This document shows, piece after piece, positions 1 through 7,361 of a stretch of 11,242 nt of DNA. The position numbers and the translations under genes are program-made. The notes below the pieces were generated by a model. It searched no databases. It saw nothing but the letters and a program-made list of their open reading frames with translations, and had not been told where the DNA came from. This stretch comes from a virus (lineage: Duplodnaviria; Heunggongvirae; Uroviricota; Caudoviricetes), in IMG/VR virus record IMGVR_UViG_2657245509_000010, one strand, 5' to 3'. Each line of letters starts with the position of its first letter. Within the stretch, counting starts at the first letter, position 1.

Positions 1-32
1 CCGTAACGGGCCATAATTCCAGGAAGGACCCG
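1..32 (-). repeat. Terminal 32-bp repeat identical to 11211-11242; reverse complement resembles the cosQ-proximal sequence just upstream of lambda cosN
   Basis: Exact identity of window positions 1-32 and 11211-11242. Reverse complement 'cgggtccttcctggaattatggcccgttacgg' resembles the lambda right-end sequence '...ACGGGTCCTTTCCGGTGATCCGACAGGTTACG' (recalled from memory). Confidence 0.8.
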
Positions 33-65
33 ACGACACCAGACTATCAGAGCGATGGGGGCACA

Positions 66-347
66 ATGACAGAAGCCGAACTACTGGGATTAATCCGCCG
101 CGTCGCCGGAATCAGCCAGCAGCATGACGAACAGGCCACACAGCCGGACAGCGTGACCGCTGAAAATTATGTGCGTGTTGTAGCGGAAGTGATGCGCCGT
201 GATGGTATAGAACTTAATGGCGTTGATATGCGCAACATACGGAACCGCGTTCTTGAAATGCTGGCCTACAATCGCCGCGTTGAACTGTATCGGGAGAAAG
301 AAAAAATAACGTACCACTGGAAGAAGCCGGAACGGCTGCGGCGGTAA
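66..347 (+). CDS. Hypothetical protein (93 aa)
   Basis: ORF with a good Shine-Dalgarno ('tggggg') 5 nt upstream of the ATG at 66; no recognisable family by eye. Confidence 0.5.
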   Translation: MTEAELLGLIRRVAGISQQHDEQATQPDSVTAENYVRVVAEVMRRDGIELNGVDMRNIRNRVLEMLAYNRRVELYREKEKITYHWKKPERLRR

Positions 348-434
348 CTTGCTGATATTCCCGATAACGCAAAATTGCGCTGGCTACATCCTCACATCTG
401 AGGACTGTTAATCAGAAGGCCGGAATATATTCAC

Positions 435-457
435 AAACTACGAAATTTTCGTAGTTT
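435..457. repeat. 23-bp near-perfect palindrome AAACTACGAAA-T-TTTCGTAGTTT
   Basis: Read directly; one of several odd-centred palindromes in the 348-800 non-coding region (also 'cctcaatttgagg' and 'ggtcataatgacc'). Confidence 0.6.
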
Positions 458-807
458 AATTAATGGTCAGATTAATCGCTAACCCGCTGATATTTTCGGA
501 AACCTCAATTTGAGGAAGTCGGAAGCGTCACCCTTCATATTCTGAATGGTCATAATGACCACGCAGACCATCAAGGCAACCACAACGAACATCGTTACGG
601 TTGGAGCTTTTACCCCACTGGGGGAAAGGTATTACGATAATCATAACACCTACCGAACAGGTAAAACCCACCAGCCTGATTAACAGTTAACCGGAAAAAA
701 AATCCGGTAGCCCCGTTATGGGGATCCCCATATCGACATTAACGCCCCTCATGAATTGGTGCGCTTCCCCCTGGAAAGATTACCCGCCTGTATATTTCTT
801 GTGTCTA

Positions 808-868
808 TTTGTTCCACGTTGTTTCATACAGTGCACCGAACGGTGTAGTTAATGGTGTAGTCAATTTG
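808..868. repeat. Copy 1 of a ~65-bp imperfect direct repeat ending in tandem GGTGTAGTTAAT/GGTGTAGTCAAT motifs (842-865); candidate integrase arm-type binding sites
   Basis: 'ttgttccacgttgtttca...cggtgtagttaatggtgtagtcaat' recurs at 1032-1100; lies upstream of the integrase gene. Confidence 0.55.
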
Positions 869-1031
869 CTGTTTTTAGCACTTTTTGCAGTGTGGGTTGT
901 TTAATTAAATCAATGGGTTGCCTTGCTGTGGTGATAAAAGGACATATTTTATCAATTAGTGTTTTTTGCCGTTTCATAATGTTTCAGATTGTTCATTATA
1001 TTTTTGATTATAAACAGATTTGTGATTTTCC

Positions 1032-1100
1032 TTGTTCCAGCTTGTTTCACGTTGTAGCCCTTTGTGCAACGATCGGTGTAGTTAATGGTGTAGTTAATTG
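1032..1100. repeat. Copy 2 of the ~65-bp direct repeat with tandem GGTGTAGTTAAT x2 (1075-1098), directly abutting the integrase start
   Basis: Direct sequence comparison with 808-868. Confidence 0.55.
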
Positions 1101-1120
1101 TGATGACCGGAATCAAAATT

Positions 1121-2350
1121 ATGAGCAGAGCACTTAACAAACTGAGCGATACACAGCTGAGGAAAATCAACGGCACACCCGCCCAAAAAACAGCCTTTCT
1201 TAATGACGGTGGAAACCTGAGCGTCAGGCATTCAACCAGTGGCCTTTTAACCTGGTATTTCACTTACAGGGCCGGAACGGGAAGGGGGGCACCACCGGAA
1301 CGCATTAAGCTGGGAAATTATCCTGATCTGAGCCTGAAATCAGCCAGGGAAAAAGCCGCCCAGTGTCGCGCATGGCTGGCAGAGGGGAAAAATCCACGTC
1401 ATGAGCTTAATTACACCGTACAGGAAGCGTTAAAGCCGGTAACGGTTGGCGATGCGCTCACCTACTGGCTTGAGTCGTACGCAAAGGAAAACCGCGTGGA
1501 TTATGCCGCCCTGAAAAAGCGCCTTAATAATCACGTAATACAGCACATTGGTGCTATGCCGCTGGATAAATGCGAGCTACGGCACTGGCTGGCCTGTTTT
1601 GACCAGGTGGCAAAGCGAACGCCTGTTACTGCCGGATTCTTGCTACAGACGTGCAAACAGGCGCTTAAGTTCTGCCGGAGGCGGCGCTATGCAATCAGCA
1701 ACGTTCTTGATGATATGAGTGTGGCGGACGTTGGGAAAAAACCGGATATAAGCGAGCGTGTCTTAAGCACCAAAGAACTGGGCGAATTATTGCAGGCACT
1801 GGACAAAAAAATATTCTCCCCCTACTACATCGCGTTAATCCGCCTCCTGATTGTGTTCGGATGCCGGACGGTAGAACTGAGGTTATCGGAGATCAGCGAG
1901 TGGGATTTTACCGAAATGCTCTGGACCGTTCCGAAGGAGCACAGCAAAACGAAGGTAGCCATATTCCGGCCTATACCGGAAGCAATACTGCCGTTCATCA
2001 CGCAGCTGGTGGAGCAGAACAGGCACACGGGCTTATTGCTGGGGGAAGTGAAACAGGAGGCCAGCGTATCGCAGTATGGAAGATTAGCGCACAGGAGGCT
2101 TAATCACCCTCACTGGTCACTGCATGACATCCGGCGCACCTTTACAACCATGCTGAACGATTTAGGCGTTGATCCGCATGTCGTGGAGCAGCTTACAGGC
2201 CACCAGATGCCAGGAATGCAGCGAGTTTATAATCATTCCCGTTATCTGGATGCGAAACGCAATGCGCTGGATATGTGGACGGAGCGGTTAGGGATACTGG
2301 CGGGAACACATGAAAACGTAACCACGCTACCAGTAGCCAGAAGAAAATAA
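1121..2350 (+). CDS. int: Tyrosine site-specific integrase with arm-binding N-terminal domain (P4/PICI-type)
   Basis: N-terminus 'LSDTQLRKINGTPAQKTAFLNDGGNLSV...GNYPDLSLKSAREKAAQCRAWLAEGKNP' fits the arm-DNA-binding domain pattern; C-terminus has 'HDIRRTF' and 'RVYNHSRYL' as in catalytic tyrosine recombinase domains. Start is ambiguous (ATG at 1100, 1103 or 1121); the end is firm. Confidence 0.9.
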   Translation: MSRALNKLSDTQLRKINGTPAQKTAFLNDGGNLSVRHSTSGLLTWYFTYRAGTGRGAPPERIKLGNYPDLSLKSAREKAAQCRAWLAEGKNPRHELNYTVQEALKPVTVGDALTYWLESYAKENRVDYAALKKRLNNHVIQHIGAMPLDKCELRHWLACFDQVAKRTPVTAGFLLQTCKQALKFCRRRRYAISNVLDDMSVADVGKKPDISERVLSTKELGELLQALDKKIFSPYYIALIRLLIVFGCRTVELRLSEISEWDFTEMLWTVPKEHSKTKVAIFRPIPEAILPFITQLVEQNRHTGLLLGEVKQEASVSQYGRLAHRRLNHPHWSLHDIRRTFTTMLNDLGVDPHVVEQLTGHQMPGMQRVYNHSRYLDAKRNALDMWTERLGILAGTHENVTTLPVARRK

Positions 2351-2367
2351 TTTTTTTCGTGTTTTTT

Positions 2368-2383
2368 CAGTATGCGCATACTG
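2368..2383. repeat. Perfect 16-bp palindrome CAGTATGCGCATACTG in the int-alpA intergenic region
   Basis: Read directly. Confidence 0.6.
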
Positions 2384-2404
2384 GATATGCGAACAGATAC
2401 AACG

Positions 2405-2443
2405 TGCAACAATGAGCAACAATGTGGAACAACTACGAACAAG
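2405..2443. repeat. Short tandem direct repeats (GCAACAATG x2, then GAACAAC and GAACAAG); candidate protein-binding array
   Basis: Read directly in the 364-bp int-alpA intergenic region. Confidence 0.5.
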
Positions 2444-2714
2444 AGGCGAAAAAGCGTACGGATTTATAAGTAGCTGATTTTTAATGTGTTACTGGTTTTT
2501 TATACACTAGCGAATCACTCTTTAAAGAGCGAGAAAAAAGGCATGGAACAATATTTTATGCCTTTGTATTAACATGAATTTAAAAGATTTTATTCTTACT
2601 TTTTCATTTTCTGTAAATCATACATCCTCAGTATTTGCCATTCATCACTCTAGCGGGAACAATACGACACAATAAGACACCTGATGACTCTTTAAGAAAC
2701 GAAAGGGGGCAATA

Positions 2715-2903
2715 GTGTTAAGCACTGATCGGTTTATACGTGAAAAAGAATGCGAAAAACTAACCGGCCTTAGCCGTACGTGTCGCTACCGCCTGGAAAA
2801 GGCCGGACAATTCCCATCACGTCGTAAACTTGGCGGTCGTTCCGTTGGCTGGTCTTTATCCGAGGTTCTGGCCTGGAAGGATAGCTGCAAGGCAGTTCAT
2901 TAA
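2715..2903 (+). CDS. alpA: AlpA-family transcriptional regulator / excisionase-like protein (GTG start)
   Basis: 'LTGLSRTCRYRLEKAGQFPSRRKLGGRSVGWSLSEVLAWK' matches the AlpA/phage-excisionase HTH pattern; strong SD 'agggggc' 5 nt upstream of the GTG; located just after int as in Gram-negative PICIs. Confidence 0.85.
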   Translation: MLSTDRFIREKECEKLTGLSRTCRYRLEKAGQFPSRRKLGGRSVGWSLSEVLAWKDSCKAVH

Positions 2904-3049
2904 TCACGCTGGCGGCACACAGCCGCCACACATCAATCATCTGAACACAGAGCTATAACCATGAAGATTGAATATACGCCAGAACGTGGGCGGGGATTCG
3001 TTCGCCCTGGTGAGACTGGAAAACCACAAAATTGGGGTTTTTCAGGCAT

Positions 3050-3078
3050 AAAAAAAGCGGCCCCGAAATGGAGCCGCC
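3050..3078 (-). terminator. Probable rho-independent terminator for minus-strand transcripts (GC stem then T7 on the minus strand)
   Basis: Plus strand 'aaaaaaagcggccccgaaatggagccgc'; on the minus strand a gcggc/gccgc stem is followed by TTTTTTT. Confidence 0.45.
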
Positions 3079-3172
3079 TTTCTGAACAGATAACCCGCTG
3101 CGCCTTATGTGTATATGATCCCAAACATAAGCACGGGGATGATAGCCGCTATCAGGCTGGTGGGCAATGCTA

Positions 3173-3361
3173 TCAGTCTGGTTCAGTTCGTTGCCATACC
3201 TGCAATGGGCGCGTTTCCCTGTACTCTTTAAGGAATTGCTCAAGGGCAAAAGCACATGGCGCGAATCTTTCTGATTCATGCTCTATCTTTCTGCGCCGTC
3301 TTTTCCGTGCCGGTGATAATGTTTTGGTCAATTCTTTATCGGTCATTGTGTTGTCCTGCAT
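3173..3361 (-). CDS. Hypothetical small basic protein, downstream of the RHH gene on the minus strand (start uncertain; possibly ATG at 3346)
   Basis: ORF-track ORF; arginine/lysine-rich segment 'ARKRRRRK'; no strong SD, so low confidence. Confidence 0.3.
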   Translation of the reverse strand: MQDNTMTDKELTKTLSPARKRRRRKIEHESERFAPCAFALEQFLKEYRETRPLQVWQRTEPD

Positions 3362-3403
3362 AGCAATGCGCCGTAATACCTCACACCACGGCGCTGATAG
3401 TTT

Positions 3404-3577
3404 TTATCCTTTGGGTTCTATGCCGCGTTGCTGTAATTCTTTGCGGAGAACGCGTTTAATCCAAGTGGCTAAAGATGTGTCGCCATCGGCCTTAGCAGCT
3501 TCTTCTAGCTGCGCTCTGAAGTCTTCCGGTAATCGCATTTGGTATGGAGGCGAACGTTTTTCTAATGGTGTTGACAT
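3404..3577 (-). CDS. Arc/MetJ-type ribbon-helix-helix transcriptional repressor (57 aa); not in the ORF track
   Basis: Minus-strand translation 'MSTPLEKRSPPYQMRLPEDFRAQLEEAAKADGDTSLATWIKRVLRKELQQRGIEPKG' fits the Arc-family pattern (beta-strand 'YQMRLP', then two helices). Divergent from the rightward operon, with palindromic operators at its 5' end. Confidence 0.75.
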   Translation of the reverse strand: MSTPLEKRSPPYQMRLPEDFRAQLEEAAKADGDTSLATWIKRVLRKELQQRGIEPKG

Positions 3578-3645
3578 GGTAATTACCCTTTATTGCTATA
3601 CCTACATGGTAATTACCATTGTACTTGCCATTACACAAAAATCAA
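3571..3645. promoter_or_regulatory. Divergent control region with two copies of the palindrome GGTAATTACC (3578-3587, 3608-3617) and a minus-strand promoter (-10 TACAAT 3618-3623, -35 TTGATT 3640-3645); a perfect TTGACA on the plus strand at 3571-3576
   Basis: Both palindromes are preceded by 'ACAT' and are 30 bp centre-to-centre. One abuts the RHH start codon and the other abuts the putative -10, the classic autorepressor layout. The plus-strand -10 is weak. Confidence 0.6.
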
Positions 3646-3707
3646 CGCCCCGCAGTGCTGGGAACACATACGGGGCGTCTAACCAACAACGTAAACTAGG
3701 AGCCGTT

Positions 3708-3905
3708 ATGGTTGCCGTAAATCATATACCACACCTTGTACACACACAAACGGCCTTTGTGTGGCGTTTTCTGGCACTGAGTGCCGGAGAATCTCAAATC
3801 ATCCACGTAACCGCCTGGACGGAACGCGAAGCGCGTAACCGTTGCCCGTCCGGTTGTGTTGCTGTATTTGCCGCCCGTATTCGTCAGGAGGTGCGCCATG
3901 ATTAA
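3708..3905 (+). CDS. Icd-like (host cell division inhibitor-like) small protein, 65 aa
   Basis: 'FVWRFLALSAGESQIIHVTAWTEREARNRC...VFAARIRQEV' resembles the Icd-like proteins of enterobacterial P4-like and PICI elements (from memory). RBS 'aggag' 6 nt upstream. It is the true gene inside the chimeric 314-aa track ORF. Confidence 0.6.
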   Translation: MVAVNHIPHLVHTQTAFVWRFLALSAGESQIIHVTAWTEREARNRCPSGCVAVFAARIRQEVRHD

Positions 3906-4110
3906 TCTGTCACTTACTGACCTTAACCGCATTCAGTTTCGTGAGAAATTCACAGGGCAGCTACTGGTCAATGTGGATAAAGGTCGCGTGGTGTGTAATT
4001 ACCACTTACCAGATGAAGCAATTGTCGCCACAAGGGAATCATTACAGGAAATCACAAAACGTGCCGGAATGATTAACACGAATATTCAGGGGATGCTTTA
4101 TGCACAATAA
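3898..4110 (+). CDS. Hypothetical protein (70 aa)
   Basis: ATG overlaps the stop of the upstream gene (translational coupling); no family recognised. Confidence 0.5.
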   Translation: MINLSLTDLNRIQFREKFTGQLLVNVDKGRVVCNYHLPDEAIVATRESLQEITKRAGMINTNIQGMLYAQ

Positions 4111-4564
4111 AACCACACCGGACGCAGCCGCCGAAGCCATCAAAACGCTGATGCACGCGCTGATTGATATTTCTGTTATCGCGGACAGGGCACATAAGCA
4201 CGCCACCAGCGAAACAGAATATGCCGGTGCTTTCGTTCCTCACTCACTGGCTGTCATGCAATTTAGTGCTGATACGGCGCTGAATGAGGCCAAAGCTATC
4301 CTGATTGCTGATTGTGAAAATGGGGGGGTTATGCGTGATGATCGTTTTAATTCCCTGAAACAGGAATTTTCCGGCGTTCCTGATGATGCGGCTGATGCGC
4401 TTTCGTCAATGCCAGAACTTATTAGAGCGGCTTTTTTCTTACTTTCCACGAGAGAATATAAATCAACGGGGCTTGATGTACTGAATATCGCCGCCGATTA
4501 TGCGGAATATGTGGCAGAGGCGCGTTATAGAAGAAAATTTCCTGAGGATGTAAGCCATGCGTGA
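4100..4564 (+). CDS. Hypothetical protein (154 aa)
   Basis: Start overlaps the preceding stop; no recognisable motifs. Confidence 0.6.
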   Translation: MHNKTTPDAAAEAIKTLMHALIDISVIADRAHKHATSETEYAGAFVPHSLAVMQFSADTALNEAKAILIADCENGGVMRDDRFNSLKQEFSGVPDDAADALSSMPELIRAAFFLLSTREYKSTGLDVLNIAADYAEYVAEARYRRKFPEDVSHA

Positions 4565-4790
4565 TATTTACCACCAAACAATAGACCGCGCATTTCTTGC
4601 ACTTTCTCACAGTGAAAACATGATGGAAATATTGCGCATATGGCTTGAAACACTTGGCGACAATGAACGCGACAAACAAAAATCAAGAATTGCCACGGCA
4701 TTAATAACGCTTCTTGAGCCTGTAATAATGGAACTGCAAGAAATAGATCTATTGCACGACAGATATAAAGAACAGCACACCGGAGAATAA
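4557..4790 (+). CDS. Hypothetical protein (77 aa)
   Basis: 8-nt overlap with the upstream gene; SD 'gagga' upstream. Confidence 0.55.
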   Translation: MRDIYHQTIDRAFLALSHSENMMEILRIWLETLGDNERDKQKSRIATALITLLEPVIMELQEIDLLHDRYKEQHTGE

Positions 4791-4795
4791 AAATA

Positions 4796-5095
4796 ATGAA
4801 ACTTAAATATTCTGGCTTAACTGCCAGTGGCAACACTCACCCTAAATTTACGCGCGGTGATATTTACCGCGACCAGTACGGCGGCACGGTAATGATTAAG
4901 GGCGTGGAAGAACGGCGCGTAACCTACCGCCGTGAAGGTTACGAATATGATTGCGTGATGCCTGTTTATCAGTTCCGGCGTGATTTTTCTCTGGTACAGA
5001 CCGCGCCGCATAACGTGCCCACCAGCAACGCCAGGGCACGGGCAAACATCCAGAAGCTGAAAACCATGGTTAACGGATTCAGGGGCAAGAAATGA
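4796..5095 (+). CDS. Hypothetical protein (99 aa)
   Basis: SD 'ggaga' about 10 nt upstream; stop overlaps the start of the replication ATPase gene. Confidence 0.6.
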   Translation: MKLKYSGLTASGNTHPKFTRGDIYRDQYGGTVMIKGVEERRVTYRREGYEYDCVMPVYQFRRDFSLVQTAPHNVPTSNARARANIQKLKTMVNGFRGKK

Positions 5096-6492
5096 AAAGC
5101 GCACCGAACTTAAAAAAACAGCCTTACGACAAGATGACCGAAGTCATTATTTTTGCGGGTAGTGATGCCTGGGCACATGCGAAACAGTGGCAGGAACAGG
5201 ACGGGCGACTGGCTGGCGATAATGTGCCTCCCGTTGTGCTGGCTGATGATCAACTGGATGAACTGGCAGAACTGAGAATCATCGACGAGGGGCGCTATTG
5301 TGTCCGGCTGTACAAGGCAGGCCACATCAGGCCATCAAATATTAATGCCATTGCGCACAAGCTGGCGGCGGCGGGTGTAACTGATGCGAATTATTACCCC
5401 GAAGGGATGCACAGCCATATGCGGGAGAACTGGCGCGAATACCTGGAACGGGTGCGCGGGAAAGAGCCGGCGGAAGAAAAAAACCACCAGCGAAAAACCA
5501 CGCTACCGATGAGCGTTGGATCTACCGGATACGACACGCAACTGGATTACGTGGTTAAGGGGATTATTCCGGCGGTATCGCTATGCAGCATATACGGGGC
5601 TAGCGGGTCCTATAAATCATTCCTTGCCGGATCGTGGGCGTGCCATGTTGCCACTGGTCGCCAGTGGGGAGGCCGCAGGGTTGCACATGGTGCGGTTCTC
5701 TATGTGGTTGGTGAAGGCGGTATAGGTGTTCCGCGTCGTGTAAAAGCCTGGGAGGTTGTGCACGATGAGCAGGTGAAAAATCTGTATCTGGTAAACCGCC
5801 CCATCTTTCCGGCTGCCCCGCTTGATGTTGATGAAATGGTTATCGCTGCCCGTCAGGTGGAGCGGGAAACGGGTAAACCTGTACGCATGATTATTCTGGA
5901 TACGCTGGCGCGTTGCTTTGGTGGGAATGATGAAAATGATTCCCGTGATATGGGGGCGTTTATCCGTGGTTGTGACGAACTGAAACGACGCACAGGGGCC
6001 ACGGTGCTGGTGGTTCACCATTCCGGCAAGGATGAGACGAAAGGCGCGCGCGGTTCCAGTGCATTTCGTGCTTCGCTGGATGCTGAATACCGGATACGCA
6101 GGGAGGACGCAGGAAGCGAAGCGCTGGTTATCTCATGCACCAAAATGAAGGACGCGGAGGAACTCAAAGAAGCCGCATATGACTTACGCGTGGTGGAGCT
6201 TTTTACCGACGCTGACGGTGAATTAATCACGTCGCTGGTGGTGGTGGATGATCCGCGCCCTCCTGTTGAACTGGAGCGCATCGAGGAGGCAGGGAACAAG
6301 ACGGAAAACCATACCGCGCTATGGGGGTGCATCCGTTCACGCACACAGAACGGCGACAAGTGCACGATCCCGCTGTTACGTGATGACATGAAAAAGCTGG
6401 GGTATGAAATGAAAAACTTCCGGCGCTGGCTGTACAAGCTGGAAAAAGATGGGGTTATTCGTATCGATGGGGATGATGTAGCGCCGCTATAA
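5092..6492 (+). CDS. RepA/DnaB-like RecA-fold replication ATPase (satellite replicase-helicase) with a probable C-terminal winged-helix domain
   Basis: P-loop-like 'GASGSYKS', Walker-B-like 'MIILDTLARCFGG', and 'VLVVHHSGKDETKGARGSSAFRASLDAEYRIRRE' typical of RepA-like helicases; C-terminus 'WLYKLEKDGVIRI' looks wHTH-like; an iteron array lies immediately downstream. Confidence 0.8.
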   Translation: MKSAPNLKKQPYDKMTEVIIFAGSDAWAHAKQWQEQDGRLAGDNVPPVVLADDQLDELAELRIIDEGRYCVRLYKAGHIRPSNINAIAHKLAAAGVTDANYYPEGMHSHMRENWREYLERVRGKEPAEEKNHQRKTTLPMSVGSTGYDTQLDYVVKGIIPAVSLCSIYGASGSYKSFLAGSWACHVATGRQWGGRRVAHGAVLYVVGEGGIGVPRRVKAWEVVHDEQVKNLYLVNRPIFPAAPLDVDEMVIAARQVERETGKPVRMIILDTLARCFGGNDENDSRDMGAFIRGCDELKRRTGATVLVVHHSGKDETKGARGSSAFRASLDAEYRIRREDAGSEALVISCTKMKDAEELKEAAYDLRVVELFTDADGELITSLVVVDDPRPPVELERIEEAGNKTENHTALWGCIRSRTQNGDKCTIPLLRDDMKKLGYEMKNFRRWLYKLEKDGVIRIDGDDVAPL

Positions 6493-6684
6493 AAGTGAGG
6501 AGCAAAAGCGAGGGGGATAGAAAGAGGGCCAAAATTAGCCCGCTCTCCCTCACTTTTCGACCTGTATACATCCTCAAAAGTGAGGGGTAAAAAAATACTT
6601 ATGAAACACACACATAGAAAAACCGAAAATCCCAACTGCGACGAAGTGAGACGCTTGAAAAAGTGAGGCGAAAAAGTGAGAGGT
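6491..6684. repeat. Iteron array (at least six copies of AAGTGAG(G/A) in both orientations); putative replication origin
   Basis: Copies at about 6493, 6549 (inverted), 6579, 6643, 6660 and 6674, immediately 3' of the replication ATPase gene. Confidence 0.65.
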
Positions 6685-6692
6685 TGCGAGAA

Positions 6693-6944
6693 ATGACCCA
6701 AAAACGCAGAGACAGAACAGAGCCAAAATATAAAGCGTTAGACATGACTGAGCACACCTTAAAGGTGGCAATCAGAACGATAGACCGCCACACGCGGGAA
6801 GGATACGCGAAGGAACATCCCGACCTGATAAGCGCATTCATGACCACGGCGGCGGCAAACTTTGCCACGCTGACAGAACGGGAGATTGCCGAAGCGGAAC
6901 AGGTAACAACCATCAACGTTAAAACCGGAGAGGTGGAATTATGA
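6693..6944 (+). CDS. Hypothetical protein (83 aa; alternative GTG start at 6663)
   Basis: ATG with SD 'gagagg'; the upstream in-frame extension would overlap the iterons. Confidence 0.5.
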   Translation: MTQKRRDRTEPKYKALDMTEHTLKVAIRTIDRHTREGYAKEHPDLISAFMTTAAANFATLTEREIAEAEQVTTINVKTGEVEL

Positions 6945-7351
6945 CGGCACAGATAGCCGCTTACGGGCGGCTGGTGGACGACCCGCAGGTAAAACAGACC
7001 AGCAAGGGCACACCGATGACGCTGGCGCGTATGGCGGTATCTTTGCCATGCAGCCAGGCACAGGACGGACAGGCGACGTTATGGTTATCGGTCATCGCAT
7101 TTGGCAAACAGGCCGGCTTCCTGGCTAAACATCAAAAAGGCGATGTTGCCAGCGTATCCGGCACGATGCAGGTAAGCCAGTGGACCGGACAGAACGGAGA
7201 AACGCGGCAGGGCTGGCAGGTTATCGCAGACAGCGTAATCAGTGCCCGCGCGGCACGTCCAGGCGGGAACAGACGCAAAACCACAGGCACACAGGGTAAT
7301 CAGCCACCAGCGGGAGGCGATGACCCTTACGGTGATGATATTTCGTTCTGA
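6941..7351 (+). CDS. ssb: Single-stranded DNA-binding protein (SSB-like OB fold with acidic C-terminal tip)
   Basis: Glycine/proline-rich linker and C-terminal 'DDPYGDDISF', comparable to E. coli SSB '...DDDIPF'; OB-fold-like N-terminus; start overlaps the upstream stop. Confidence 0.75.
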   Translation: MTAQIAAYGRLVDDPQVKQTSKGTPMTLARMAVSLPCSQAQDGQATLWLSVIAFGKQAGFLAKHQKGDVASVSGTMQVSQWTGQNGETRQGWQVIADSVISARAARPGGNRRKTTGTQGNQPPAGGDDPYGDDISF

Positions 7352-7361
7352 GGGGGTGACG

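Noticed and set aside
1-32. Terminal direct repeat as a tRNA-derived att core
   Set aside because: The sequence has no tRNA 3'-end features and is the reverse complement of lambda-like cosQ-side sequence, so it is better explained as part of cos than as a tRNA att site.
540-680. Small 38-45-aa ORFs on either strand as possible type I toxin peptides
   Set aside because: No resemblance to Hok/Ldr/Ibs-type toxins, no RBS and no conservation evidence; left as non-coding.
892-1263. ORFs 892-1137 (+) and 952-1263 (-) upstream of and overlapping int
   Set aside because: Lie in an AT-rich repeat region (attP-like), have low-complexity hydrophobic translations and no RBS; one overlaps the integrase N-terminus.
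1825-2103. Small ORFs inside int (1825-2028 minus, 1861-2103 plus)
   Set aside because: Embedded in the integrase coding sequence in other frames.
2961-3905. 314-aa plus-strand ORF in the track
   Set aside because: Chimeric open frame running through the minus-strand RHH gene and the divergent promoter; only its last 65 codons (3708-3905, own RBS) form a credible gene. No SD at 2961.
5092-6492. The 466-aa ATPase as the missing large terminase
   Set aside because: The motifs ('VVHHSGKDETKGARGSSAFRAS', C-terminal wHTH) and the adjacent iterons fit a RepA/DnaB-like replicase; there is no nuclease domain, and it is shorter than a typical TerL (about 640 aa in lambda).
6015-6701. 228-aa minus-strand ORF, serine-rich
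   Set aside because: Antisense to the RepA-like gene and running into the iteron array; low-complexity composition typical of a shadow ORF.
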